Assembly (NCBI GenBank): GCA_965213925.1
Contig: OZ243927.1
Location: 4,096,001 to 4,160,000 of the forward strand
DNA: 64,000 nucleotides
DNA from: Trueperaceae bacterium
GTDB lineage: Bacteria > Deinococcota > Deinococci > Deinococcales > Trueperaceae
Direction: 5' to 3'
Positions 35,005-44,502 of this stretch are shown in pieces. The position numbers were made by a program, and so were the translations under genes. The notes below the pieces were generated by a model. It had not been told where the DNA came from, ran no database searches, and was given only the letters and a program-made list of their open reading frames with translations. Position 1 is the first letter of the stretch, and each line of letters begins with the position of its first letter.

Positions 35005-35049
35005 TCAACGGGCTACTCGCCCTAGTAGAGATAATTATAGCGCTCCTAC

Positions 35050-35448
35050 TCAAAGCGTTTGTAGGTGAGGCTCGAGCTTCTCCAACCAATCTCGCGAAAG
35101 CCTGATCGCTCTACCCGAACGGTCAACAGGGGTGTGCGTGGTTTCGCCTGTCGCTAAAAGCGCACCGTCAGCCGTTCTCGTCAGCTTGTACACATACCGA
35201 AAACGCCGACTCTTCCCCTCTACAAGTTTCGTCTCTATCTCGACCTCGTCGTCAAAGTGCGCCGCGGCTCGGTAGTCGATCTTCACGCCACTCACCGCTA
35301 AAGAAACGCCTGAACGTTCCATCTTGGCGTAGCTGATTCCCCTCTCGCGCAACCACTCGACCCGCGCCGCTTCCAGCCACAAAACGTAGCTGCTGTGATG
35401 CGCAACGCCCATCTGGTCGGTTTCGGCAAATCTTACGCGGAGTCTCAT
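35050..35448 (-). CDS. acyl-CoA thioesterase (YbgC/4HBT family)
   Basis: RVRFAETDQMGVAHH..Y..W.E.AR. Confidence 0.88.
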   Translation of the reverse strand: MRLRVRFAETDQMGVAHHSSYVLWLEAARVEWLRERGISYAKMERSGVSLAVSGVKIDYRAAAHFDDEVEIETKLVEGKSRRFRYVYKLTRTADGALLATGETTHTPVDRSGRAIRLSRDWLEKLEPHLQTL

Positions 35449-35484
35449 GGCGCGCTTTCTGAGAGGGATTGAAGTTGCTTGTAG

Positions 35485-35560
35485 TAGCAATGAGCAATGA
35501 GCAACGAGCAATGAGTACAAAAGCTTTCTACTTTCAACTCATTGCTCATTGCTTTCAACT
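35485..35560. repeat. inverted heptamer element (GCAATGA)4...(TCATTGC)2
   Basis: TAGCAATGAGCAATGAGCAACGAGCAATGAG...CTCATTGCTCATTGC. Confidence 0.75.
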
Positions 35561-35563
35561 GTC

Positions 35564-35863
35564 TCATAGCACCTGCGACGGGTCCGTCGTGAAGGTCAGT
35601 TTAGGTGTGTTGCGAGCGCGCATCTCCCTCGCGAGTTCGCGCTGCAAATAGCCGCTCGCACGGTTCAGAGCGGTCTCCATATGTTCCAGTTCGCGTTCGT
35701 CGCCCAGGGCGCTCACCAACACCTTCGCTTGGGAGAGGTCCGCGTTAAACCGCGCCCGCTCGACGGTGACGACGATGGGAATGCGCGGGTCTTGAAGTTC
35801 GGGGATCAGCTCAGAAAGCGTTCGTGTGAGGGTGCGCTCTAAGGTTTTGCGTCGTTCGCTCAT
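35564..35863 (-). CDS. rbfA: ribosome-binding factor A
   Basis: LQDPR, DLSQAKV.VS, A.GYL and RNTPKLTF..D motifs. Confidence 0.9.
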   Translation of the reverse strand: MSERRKTLERTLTRTLSELIPELQDPRIPIVVTVERARFNADLSQAKVLVSALGDERELEHMETALNRASGYLQRELAREMRARNTPKLTFTTDPSQVL

Positions 35864-35947
35864 GGTTCAGGGTAACAATTTGAGGTGACAGGGGCGCTTT
35901 TTGAGATACTGGTTTTGGGATACTGGGCTGCGTTGACATTCGCTCGG

Positions 35948-36862
35948 TTAGAATAGCCACGCTATATAGAGGGCGTAAGCGAGGACGAGCACGCCGCCTT
36001 CCCAGCGCTCGAGCAAACGCTGCGTCAGCAAAAAAACAAAGGTGAGCGCGGCGAACGCGAGCATCACCGAGAGGTCGAGGCGGAGCGCGGCGAAGGGCAG
36101 CGCTAAAGGCGTGACCACGCTTGTAATGCCTAGGATGCACAGGATATTGAAGATGTTCGAGCCGATGATGTTGCCCAAAACCATGTCGGTCTCGCGGCGC
36201 AAAACCGCCACGAGCGAGCTGGCGAGTTCGGGCAAACTCGTACCCACCGCCACGAGTGTCAGACCGATGACGCGCTCCGGCACGCCGAAAGCGCGAGCTA
36301 ACGAGGTCGCCCCTTCGATGAGCACTTGCGCGCCCAAAACGAGCAGCACAAGCCCGCCGACGATGCCCGCAAGCGTGAGCCAGAGCGGATAGAGGTCGGG
36401 CGAATCCGACACCTCATCTTCGTTCGGCGTGCGGAGCGTCCACACGAGGTAGGCTAAGAGCAGCGCGAAGAGCGTCGCCCCCTCGAGCCGCCCCAGCCTG
36501 CCGTCCGCGAAGAAAAGTAAGGGCGAGAGGCTCACGCCGATCATGACGGGCATCTCGCGCCGGAGCACGCTCCTTTGAATGGCGATAGGCAAAAGGAGCG
36601 CGGCTAACCCTAAGATGAGCCCCACGTTGGCGATGTTCGAGCCGACGACGTTGCCGACTGCGATCGCCTCTGCGCCGCTAAGTGACGCGGTGAGCGTCGC
36701 GGCGAGTTCGGGCGCACTCGTTCCGAACGCGACCACGGTCAAGCCGATGACCAAAGGGCTGAGCCGGAAACGGAGTGCCAGGCTCGAGGCGAAGCGCACC
36801 AACAGCTCGCCGCCGCCGTAGAGCAGGGCGACACCTAAAACGATAAAGACAAGGTCCAACAC
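35948..36862 (-). CDS. calcium/sodium antiporter (CaCA, YrbG-like)
   Basis: Two alpha repeats, GTSAPE...GSNIAN and GTSLPE...GSNIFN. Confidence 0.92.
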   Translation of the reverse strand: MLDLVFIVLGVALLYGGGELLVRFASSLALRFRLSPLVIGLTVVAFGTSAPELAATLTASLSGAEAIAVGNVVGSNIANVGLILGLAALLLPIAIQRSVLRREMPVMIGVSLSPLLFFADGRLGRLEGATLFALLLAYLVWTLRTPNEDEVSDSPDLYPLWLTLAGIVGGLVLLVLGAQVLIEGATSLARAFGVPERVIGLTLVAVGTSLPELASSLVAVLRRETDMVLGNIIGSNIFNILCILGITSVVTPLALPFAALRLDLSVMLAFAALTFVFLLTQRLLERWEGGVLVLAYALYIAWLF

Positions 36863-36879
36863 GCAATATCCCTCTCACT

Positions 36880-36984
36880 GTGCCAGGTCTTGTTATGCGC
36901 GTCACCGAATGACTCGCTGTTTAGCCACCGTCTTGACGATAACGCGCCCCTATGTCGCTGCCGTAGGCGGCTACTCCCCTGTAA
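36880..36984 (-). ncRNA. yybP-ykoY (Mn2+-sensing) riboswitch
   Basis: Minus strand reads CAGGGGAGTAGCC...CGTCAAGACG...CAAGACCTG, matching the family consensus; P1 ends just before RBS GAGAGGGA. Confidence 0.8.
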
Positions 36985-37036
36985 AGACAGTTATACGCTA
37001 AACGGCGTGAAAAACGCATGAGGGAAAGATTTTAAG

Positions 37037-37230
37037 TACAGCGTTAAATAAAATATAAGTCATGTCATTCTGAGCGGAACGAAGTGGAGAGAAAGAATCT
37101 CCTCATTTGCCTCCTTGCCTGATAGAGAGTGAAGGGCGAGACCCCTCGACTGCGCTGCACTCTTCTACGAAGGTGCTGACGCGAACCGCTCGGGGTGACA
37201 ACGGTGTCGCAAAACCTACTTAACGGTGTA
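37037..37230. mobile_element. MITE-like element, family B (TIRs plus internal REP-like GTCATTCTGA hairpin)
   Basis: TACAGCGTTAAATA...TACTTAACGGTGTA; internal GTCATTCTGAGCG...AAGAATCTC...GAGACCCCTCG...GCTCGGGGTGAC. Confidence 0.75.
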
Positions 37231-38199
37231 TTGAGTCTCGAGCTGAGCGTTTCTCTCTCTCAATGTATCTAAGATTTTGTGGTCGAGTTTGGAGAGCGCA
37301 AGCTCGGGCAAAGAGGTTGGCGAGATAGCTTCGCTCTGCTCCGGTTCGTCCTCCACTAAAACAGGCGTCACCGTGATTTTGAAGTGCGTGTAAGCGTGCT
37401 GCACCTCTTCCAATCTCTCACCAGTGGGCGCATCGTCAACAAGCGGAAAGCCCCACAGTCCCCCCAACATCTCATCCTGACTTCGCTGACGCAGACAGAG
37501 CGAATCACCTCTTTCATAAACGAGCGCGTACCTCTTCACGTGAGGCACCTTCTTTTTCTTCTTCGGCTCAGGAAAGCTCGAGACGTCACCTCTTTGAAAG
37601 GCGAGGCAATCCTTTGAAATCGGACAGTTTGAACAGAGAGGTGACTTCGGTGTGCAGACTGTCGCGCCGAGTTCCATCAGCGCTTCGTTGAACGCGCCCG
37701 CCTGACCTCTCGGTAAATGCGGAAGCAGGGTTTTTTTCGCTTCCTTTTCTGCGACGACGCCGGGAAGGGCAAAGAGCCGCGCGGCGACCCTCTTGACGTT
37801 GCCGTCTACGGCTAAAACGTCCTCACCGAACGCTAAAGACGCGATGGCGGCGGCGGTGTACGTGCCGACGCCGGGGAGCCCCAGCAACTCCTCATACCTC
37901 TCCGGCAAATGTCCCTCGTAATCCTTGGCGACCTCTTGGGCCCCCGCGTGCAGAAGCCTCGCGCGGCGGTAGTACCCTAAGCCCTCCCACGCTTTGAGCA
38001 CCTCGTCTAGGGGAGCTTCCGCCAGCGCACTGACGTGGGGAAAGCGCTTCAGCCACCGCTCGAAGAAAGGAATCACTGTTCTCACCTGCGTCTGTTGCAG
38101 CATCACTTCAGAAACCCACACGCGGTAGGGCGTGCGCTCGCGTCGCCACGGGAGGTCGCGTTGATGTTGATAAAACCACCTGAGCAGTGTGCCGGTCAT
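37216..38199 (-). CDS. mutY: A/G-specific adenine glycosylase
   Basis: VSEVMLQQT, WEGLGYY, LPGVG.YTA, DGNV and the Fe-S motif CTPKSPLCSNCPISKDC. Confidence 0.95.
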   Translation of the reverse strand: MTGTLLRWFYQHQRDLPWRRERTPYRVWVSEVMLQQTQVRTVIPFFERWLKRFPHVSALAEAPLDEVLKAWEGLGYYRRARLLHAGAQEVAKDYEGHLPERYEELLGLPGVGTYTAAAIASLAFGEDVLAVDGNVKRVAARLFALPGVVAEKEAKKTLLPHLPRGQAGAFNEALMELGATVCTPKSPLCSNCPISKDCLAFQRGDVSSFPEPKKKKKVPHVKRYALVYERGDSLCLRQRSQDEMLGGLWGFPLVDDAPTGERLEEVQHAYTHFKITVTPVLVEDEPEQSEAISPTSLPELALSKLDHKILDTLRERNAQLETQYTVK

Positions 38200-38403
38200 C
38201 ACCCTTACGCTAACCCACCAGCGTCCATGATGGTACACTCCTGTAAACGTAAGGCAGTGGTCGGTGAGATGCGGCGAAGAGGTCGGGGGTGGCTCCTAAA
38301 AGCTCGCTATCAGGAGGTTTGTGACGCGGTTGCGGCTGTCTCCGCGAGAGTACAGGCTGAGAACCTAATACAATTTGAGACCCTATCCGTTTAGGAGTAG
38401 AGC

Positions 38404-39111
38404 GTGCAGAAAGACAAGACCATAGGCGAGAGCTTTCAGTCCCAGACCAAGTACCGCCGGGGCTCCTTGCCGAACAAAACGGGCAAGCACATCTCCGCGT
38501 ACAAGGTCTACGCCAACCCCCTAGAGGTCGCCTCGCTGCCCGTACCCGACCTCAAGAACGGTCAAGGACTCTGGAAGACGCTCTCGACTACGCGCGAGAG
38601 CATCCCCGAAGGCGGACGGTTGCGCCAGCACGACGTCTCGCAAATTTTGTGGGCGACGGCGGGCTTTACCTACGGCGGCCAGCGCACGCACGCCACCGCT
38701 GTACCGCTGGCGGGTTTGGAGTGCTACCTCATCGTCCGGCAGATCGAGGACGTCTTCTCCGGCGTCTACCACTACAACCCGCGCGAACACGCCCTGGAGC
38801 ACCTCATTCAGACCGAGCCCAGCCTAGACCTCGCGGACGCCCTTTTGGGCGACGCCGACATCAGCGCGTGCGCCGCCGTGATCGCCTACACCGGGATACC
38901 CAGCCGCATCGACGACGGTTCGAAGAGCCGGGCGTACCGCTACCTCTACCTCGAGGCGGGGGCGGCGGCGCAGTGCGCCGTATTGGGCGCGGTCTCACTA
39001 GGGCTCGCCTCGACGGTGCGCGCCGAGTTCTATGACGACGAACTCTCGAGGCTTTTGCAAGTGGACGGCGCTCATGAAATCCCGCTCTGTGTGGTGACGC
39101 TAGGGACGTAG
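38404..39111 (+). CDS. SagB/ThcOx-like nitroreductase-family protein
   Basis: SQILWA..G, GVYHYNP..H.L and RAYRY.YLEAG..AQ motifs. Confidence 0.8.
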   Translation: MQKDKTIGESFQSQTKYRRGSLPNKTGKHISAYKVYANPLEVASLPVPDLKNGQGLWKTLSTTRESIPEGGRLRQHDVSQILWATAGFTYGGQRTHATAVPLAGLECYLIVRQIEDVFSGVYHYNPREHALEHLIQTEPSLDLADALLGDADISACAAVIAYTGIPSRIDDGSKSRAYRYLYLEAGAAAQCAVLGAVSLGLASTVRAEFYDDELSRLLQVDGAHEIPLCVVTLGT

Positions 39112-39205
39112 GTTTTTGGTGTTTGGTTGAGGGAGGTGAGGAAGACTCGAATAGGAATTTTTAGCTACTGCTATTAGTTGCGCGCATATAAACTACACTA
39201 TCTCT

Positions 39206-40357
39206 TTAGCTTGGATATCTCTGTTTAATTCGTTGACAATTGTTAGGATTACCGTGCTCAAAGAAGCACATCCCTTCCGGTAGCTCAAAAGATTCAGGAA
39301 AAACTGATTTTCCGTCATATGCTGTGCCTTGGAAATTCGCTCCATTAAGTACCGCTTCGCTAAAGTCAGTGCCGACAGTGCTATCCTCATAAAGTTGCGC
39401 GCTGCTGAAGTTCGCATGATGAAGCTCTGCTTCGCTAAAATCTACTCCATCAAGAATTGCTCTGGAGAAGTCTGCTCCGATAAGAAACGCTCCGCTTAAA
39501 GTTGTGACGTAAAGTTCTGCTCCACGAAAACTTGCTTTCTGAAGGTCTGTACGCTCAAGGTTCGAAAAGTAAAAAAACGCCTCGTCAAAGCTCGCATACT
39601 CGAGTATTGACCTAGAAAGGTTTGCTTCGGAGAGGTCTGCTCCGCGAAAGTTTGCTCCCCCAAGGTTTCCACTTAGGTTTGCTCCGTTGAGATTCGCTTC
39701 ACTTAAATCTGCTCCAGCAAGGTTTACTCCTCTAAAATCTACTTTCTGGAGGTCGGTGTTTGAGAGCAAGCTTCGAGATAAATCAGGTCTTTCTACCCCC
39801 GCGTCACGCTCGAGAGCTATAAAAACTTTAGCTGCTTCAGCCCTAGACCTAGTATCTGATACAGGAGTACAGACCTCTACCGTAACCTCTTTAACTTCAC
39901 CATTGTTATTCTTTCGTTGCTGAACTTCGTCAACACAAGTTTTGTCGTAAAGAATTTGTACGAGTTGAGCGCGGCGTGTAAGCGTATCTTGAAATCTTTG
40001 TTGCTCGAGTTGCCGCTGAAAAAGAGTGTTCTGCCAAATCAGTAAACCCGTAGTCGAGAGTGCCCCGAGGGTTCCGAGAATAGCGATGATATAAAAGCCC
40101 ATGCTTCGCCTGATAATGGCAGCTAAGACGTTAGCAGTTTCTTCAGTTGGAACTAAATTTCCCGTCTTTGCTGCGGCGAGCCACTTTTTGAGTCCATCAT
40201 CTAAATCTCGTCCAAGGAAAATTGTCTTTCCGAAAGAGAACAAACGCTTAGATACCCAGTTACGCACTTTAGCATTGCGCTTGTAGTGCTTGACCTCTTG
40301 CTTGAGGGATTTATTCTCTCTAAGTAGTTCCTCGTAAGCCCTCTGATCATCTGCCAT
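39206..40357 (-). CDS. membrane-anchored pentapeptide-repeat protein
   Basis: One TM helix, then many A(D/N)L/F pentapeptides; lower GC. Confidence 0.85.
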   Translation of the reverse strand: MADDQRAYEELLRENKSLKQEVKHYKRNAKVRNWVSKRLFSFGKTIFLGRDLDDGLKKWLAAAKTGNLVPTEETANVLAAIIRRSMGFYIIAILGTLGALSTTGLLIWQNTLFQRQLEQQRFQDTLTRRAQLVQILYDKTCVDEVQQRKNNNGEVKEVTVEVCTPVSDTRSRAEAAKVFIALERDAGVERPDLSRSLLSNTDLQKVDFRGVNLAGADLSEANLNGANLSGNLGGANFRGADLSEANLSRSILEYASFDEAFFYFSNLERTDLQKASFRGAELYVTTLSGAFLIGADFSRAILDGVDFSEAELHHANFSSAQLYEDSTVGTDFSEAVLNGANFQGTAYDGKSVFPESFELPEGMCFFEHGNPNNCQRIKQRYPS

Positions 40358-40453
40358 TTTCTAATTTTACTATTAAGCACGCAAACTCAGCAAAGTTTTG
40401 CGAACAACGAATATAAAAGAATGCTCAGTTCGGCCTTTAGAAAATATTCGCTA

Positions 40454-40846
40454 TCATAAAAATACCGCTGGCGACACACCAAACCGCTCAGCCAGTAGGC
40501 GCATATGCCGTACATTCAGCTCACGCTTCCCGCTCAGCAGCTCAGACACCACCCCTTGCGAACCAATTTCAGGCAAGTCAGACTGAGTGAGATTGTGCTC
40601 TTCCATAAAATACCGGAGCATCTCTCGCTCAGAAACATTGGGGATTTGGTAATGCACCTCTTCATAGCTGTGCATAACTGTGCCAAGCGTATCGAGCAGG
40701 TCGTAGAGAGGATGGGTCTCATTTGTACCAACTTCGTCAATAAGTTCGTTGAGGTAAACAACCGCTCTGTCGTAATCTTCCTCAGACTGAATAGAAAGAA
40801 TAGGTCGAACGGCTGACCAGTGGGTTTCCAACTCTTTAATGCTCAT
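40454..40846 (-). CDS. higA: HigA-type antitoxin (HTH-XRE)
   Basis: LTQSDLPEIGSQGVVSELLSGKRELN; ATGA overlap with the higB stop. Confidence 0.9.
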   Translation of the reverse strand: MSIKELETHWSAVRPILSIQSEEDYDRAVVYLNELIDEVGTNETHPLYDLLDTLGTVMHSYEEVHYQIPNVSEREMLRYFMEEHNLTQSDLPEIGSQGVVSELLSGKRELNVRHMRLLAERFGVSPAVFL

Positions 40847-41237
40847 TCCTTCCACCCTTCTTTGTCGTATTCTTTGTGCGTCAAAATGTGCCGAATAAAG
40901 ACTTTGCTGTGATTGAAGTGTATTGCCGCGATGAGCCGATAGTTATTCCCACCGAGGTTGAAGACGTATAAGTTTCCTACCTTGTCTGCGCTAGGGAACA
41001 CTCTATAGCAAGTATCATTTGGTTTGAGCCAATCCGAGAAGAGGGAACGCAGTCTAGCGCGCACGTTTGGAAATGATACTTGCGTGATTCAAGCTCAGTG
41101 CTTATGTGAACTGCTCTACGTAATTCAGCAAACGTCTTGAAGTCGGTCTTTTTGACAACCTTATACCACCGCTCAAGCGGGGCTTCGCTCTCAGGATGCT
41201 TCTTCCGGAAGGCGATGAGTGCGCTTTTGCTAATTTT
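40843..41237 (-). pseudogene. higB: HigB toxin interrupted by a MITE
   Basis: 5' part KISKSALIAFRKKHPESEAPLERWYKVVKKTDFKTFAELR and 3' part RVFPSADKVGNLYVFNLGGNNYRLI...THKEYD are separated by a 113-bp insertion; no in-frame start seen. Confidence 0.85.
41004..41118 (+). mobile_element. MITE-like element, family A, inserted in higB with a TA duplication
   Basis: TA[TAGCAAGT...AACTGCTC]TA; removing it restores TTA CGT AGA GTG TTC CCT (LRRVFP). Confidence 0.85.
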
Positions 41238-41280
41238 GTAGGAGCACGTGCTTCAATTATTTCTAGCCTTTAGTATCTCA

Positions 41281-42201
41281 TCAGCGGTTTGCCACTCTCA
41301 CCCCCGCCAAGATAGACGTTGCCACAACCTCTTGTACCGCGACAGATAGGAGCATGAGCGGCACCTGGGGTCCTTGACCCGTGCTGAGCGCGAAGGTCGT
41401 GTCGCCATCTAAAACGGTGTGTGAAGGGCGCGTGACGCGGATGATGCCGACGTGGGCGCTCTGCGCGAGGGCTTTGGCTTCGGCTTTGCTGATGGGGGCG
41501 TCCGTCGCGACGACGACGAGGGTAGTGTTCGTGCCGAGGAGGGCGCTCGAGAGACGTTCCAGTCGTTGCGCCGGGGTGGGTCTCGAGCCCCCCTCCAACC
41601 TCGCGCCCGCTACGACCTCGCCGGTACCAGAGTCCACGATGTCCCCCACTGGGTTCGACACGCTGAGCGCCGCGACGGTCGCACCGCCGACCTTCACCGC
41701 CGCGCTGCCTAAGCCGCCCCACTCTGACCTTTCGAACCCTAAGTATTTGCCGCAAGTCGCCCCTGCGCCGACGCCGACACGTCCGAGTGACACGGGCGCG
41801 TCGCTCGCCCCTTCTGCTGCGCGGTAGCCTGCTTCTGCTATCGGACGCACCGACGCATCGCCCGCGCCGAGGTCGTAGATGACGGCGGCTGGTACAAGCG
41901 GTATTCTTGCAAAGGGCGTCTCGTAGCCCAGACCTCTTTCGGCTAAGAACCGCATCACCCCGTCTGCGGCTGCTAAACCAAAGGCGCTGCCGCCCGCGAG
42001 CGTCACCGCGTGAATGCGCTGAACGCTCTTTTCGGGCGCTAGAAAGGCGGTCTCGCGCGACCCTGGCGCGCTGCCTAAGACCTCGCCCGAGGCGACGCAT
42101 CCCTCGTCCGGGCAGAGGACGACGGTGCAGCCTGTCGCGGCGTCCTCGTCCGACCAGTGCCCGACCCGTAGACCGGGCACGGCGGTGATGGTTTCATTCA
42201 T
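41281..42201 (-). CDS. P1/S58 (DmpA-like) peptidase
   Basis: ITAVPGLRVGH, APGSRET, GGSAFGL, NTT and HT.LDGDT motifs. Confidence 0.88.
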   Translation of the reverse strand: MNETITAVPGLRVGHWSDEDAATGCTVVLCPDEGCVASGEVLGSAPGSRETAFLAPEKSVQRIHAVTLAGGSAFGLAAADGVMRFLAERGLGYETPFARIPLVPAAVIYDLGAGDASVRPIAEAGYRAAEGASDAPVSLGRVGVGAGATCGKYLGFERSEWGGLGSAAVKVGGATVAALSVSNPVGDIVDSGTGEVVAGARLEGGSRPTPAQRLERLSSALLGTNTTLVVVATDAPISKAEAKALAQSAHVGIIRVTRPSHTVLDGDTTFALSTGQGPQVPLMLLSVAVQEVVATSILAGVRVANR

Positions 42202-42207
42202 TAGGCA

Positions 42208-44427
42208 CTACTGAGCTTGGCTCAAGTCGTCGCTCGAGCGCGGCGCAGGCCGCGTATACTGCTCGATCTCGGCGGGCGAAATCTCTTTCCAGTAGATGAA
42301 GTTGCGCGGCGTGGTCTCGTCCGCGCGGGTCTCGGTGCGGCGGTCTACGGGGATGGTGATGGTGATGGGGCTGCCGATGCGCTGGCGCTGCGCGCCCGGT
42401 TGGTTGCTATCTACAAAAGCAACCCGCATACCGTTAGGCGAAGGCGCACCCGTCGCTAAATTGACGTTTCTAAAGACGATATTTTCAGGTGGTGTAAAGG
42501 AGCCTGCAGGCGTGCCCGTCAGCGCAGCCTGCGTGTAGCTTTGCCACAAGCGTACGGGCTGGCGAGAACTGTTTAAGCTCTCGCCGTCTGGCATGTTCTT
42601 CGCTAAGCTCCGGTTGTCGTCGTAGCCTATCCACACCGTCGTGGTCATCTCCGGTGTGGTGCCGACAAACCAGATGTCGCGGTCGCTGTTCGTGGTGCCG
42701 GTCTTACCGCCGACCCAACGCCCATCAATGACAGCGCGGTTAGAGAAGCCGTAAGGGGCGGTATCGGTCACGTTGCCGCGCAACATATCGAGCATGATGT
42801 ACGCGGTCTCTTCGCTCCACACCTGCGCCTCGCGCGGCTCCGCCTCATAAAGTACGTTGTCCTCTGCGTCGGTCACTTTGGCGATGAGGTGCGGTTCGAC
42901 GTGGACGCCGCCGTTGGCAAAAGCGCTAATCGCACTCGTATGTTGAAGTGGCGTCACTTCGAAAGAACCCAGGGCGATAGACGGATAGGGCTTCAAGTTT
43001 TCGTAGCCGAGTTCGGTGGCGCGCGCCACGACCTCTTCGGGTGTCACCGCCTCGACGAGCTTGGCGATCGGGATGTTGCGCGAGATATCGAGGTGATGAC
43101 GCAGCGTCTTCACGCCGACAAACTTCTCGTCGTGGTTTTTCGGCTCCCAGTCGGGGCGCCCCTTCTGCTTGAAGGTGGTCGGCTCGTCGCTGATGACGCT
43201 CGCTTGGGTGTAGTTGCCCTGCTCGATGGCGGTGGCGACGATGATCGGCTTAAAGGAACTGCCGGGCTGACGCCGCGCGTCGGTGGCGCGGTTGAAGTTG
43301 TCGTTGCCGCTCCCCTGCGGCGTGCCGCCGACCATCGCGAGGATGCGCCCGGAGGAGGGCTCCACGCTGACGATGGCGAGTTCCGCTTCTGGAGGCAAGT
43401 TGCCGCCGGGGTTCTCGGCCGTCCGGTTCGCCGCTTCTTGCTTCTGCACGTCGATGGTCGTGTAAATCTTTAAGCCGCCCGCGCCGAAGAGTCGGTTCTG
43501 ACCCAAACGCTGCGAAATCTCGTTGCGCACAGCGTACGCGACGTAGGGGTTGAGGTCGGACGAGACGCTCCGCGCCACCCGCGGCTGCGCGTCGGTGCGA
43601 CGGGGTTCGCCGACGATGTTGCCCGCTTCGTCGTACGCGACGTCCCAGCCGGTCGGCTCCAAGGGGTAGCGCCACGCTTGCTCCGCGATCTGGCTGCTCA
43701 CGACGCCCTGCTCGACCATGGTGTCGAGCACGACGCGCATGGCGCGGCGCGTAGCGGTGAAGTCGCCGTAGTTCGCCGACGGGGTTGGGATGAGCCGCGC
43801 GAGGTAGAGCGATTCGGCGAGGTTGAGTTCGATGGGGTCCTTGTCGAAGTAGGCTTTCGCGGCGGCGTGCACGCCGTAGAGGTTGCCGCCCCAATAGACC
43901 AAGTTGAGGTACTGCTGCAGGATTTCAGGCTTGGTCAAGCGGCGCTCGAGTTCCGTCGCCAACATGATCTCTTTCGCCTTGCGCTCCAGCGAACGCTCGT
44001 CCGAAATCCCTCTTAGCAAGGTGTTCTTGATGACCTGCGTGGAGATCGTCGAGCCGCCGCGCCCGCCGTCGCCTAAAAACTCCAAGTACGTCGCCTTGGC
44101 GATGCCGGGAATGTCGAAGCCGTAGTGCTCGAAAAACTGGTCGTCTTCGGAGGCGACCACCGCCCAGATCACAGCTGGCGAGACCTCATCTAAGGACACG
44201 TTCACGCGGTTGGTCAGCTCCCTGTCCTCGCCGATGTAGGGCAAAATCTCGCCGATGGGCTCGCCGTTGGCGGCGAAAATCTGCGAGGTGGCGGTGAACT
44301 CGAGCCCCTCGACTTCACTGATAGAGGGCAGCTCTTCCGCCCACTTAAACGCGGAGGCGGCTAGGAGCGCGGTAACGGACAGAACACCCGTCAAGATGAC
44401 GAGGAAGATTCCCTGGAGTACTTTCAC
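42208..44427 (-). CDS. class A penicillin-binding protein (transglycosylase/transpeptidase)
   Basis: EDDQFFEHYG, GGSTISTQ and RKAKE; SSFK, SRN and KTGT motifs. Confidence 0.92.
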   Translation of the reverse strand: MKVLQGIFLVILTGVLSVTALLAASAFKWAEELPSISEVEGLEFTATSQIFAANGEPIGEILPYIGEDRELTNRVNVSLDEVSPAVIWAVVASEDDQFFEHYGFDIPGIAKATYLEFLGDGGRGGSTISTQVIKNTLLRGISDERSLERKAKEIMLATELERRLTKPEILQQYLNLVYWGGNLYGVHAAAKAYFDKDPIELNLAESLYLARLIPTPSANYGDFTATRRAMRVVLDTMVEQGVVSSQIAEQAWRYPLEPTGWDVAYDEAGNIVGEPRRTDAQPRVARSVSSDLNPYVAYAVRNEISQRLGQNRLFGAGGLKIYTTIDVQKQEAANRTAENPGGNLPPEAELAIVSVEPSSGRILAMVGGTPQGSGNDNFNRATDARRQPGSSFKPIIVATAIEQGNYTQASVISDEPTTFKQKGRPDWEPKNHDEKFVGVKTLRHHLDISRNIPIAKLVEAVTPEEVVARATELGYENLKPYPSIALGSFEVTPLQHTSAISAFANGGVHVEPHLIAKVTDAEDNVLYEAEPREAQVWSEETAYIMLDMLRGNVTDTAPYGFSNRAVIDGRWVGGKTGTTNSDRDIWFVGTTPEMTTTVWIGYDDNRSLAKNMPDGESLNSSRQPVRLWQSYTQAALTGTPAGSFTPPENIVFRNVNLATGAPSPNGMRVAFVDSNQPGAQRQRIGSPITITIPVDRRTETRADETTPRNFIYWKEISPAEIEQYTRPAPRSSDDLSQAQ

Positions 44428-44502
44428 GCGACTATTGTAGCAAAGAGAACGGTGAGGTGGGGTTGCGGGGCGTCAAGAAAACTCACCTTTTCGTCTCTCT
44501 CC

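Noticed and set aside
38404..39111. RiPP (TOMM) cluster suggested by the SagB-like gene
   Set aside because: No YcaO, precursor or transporter nearby; stand-alone nitroreductase fold
40843..41064. 73-aa intact HigB from the ORF track
   Set aside because: Its N-terminus is MITE sequence; it is only the 3' half of the toxin
41270..42100. Long alternative-frame ORFs such as this 276-aa one and 61715-62530
   Set aside because: Arg/Gly/Pro-rich shadows of real high-GC genes, with no motifs
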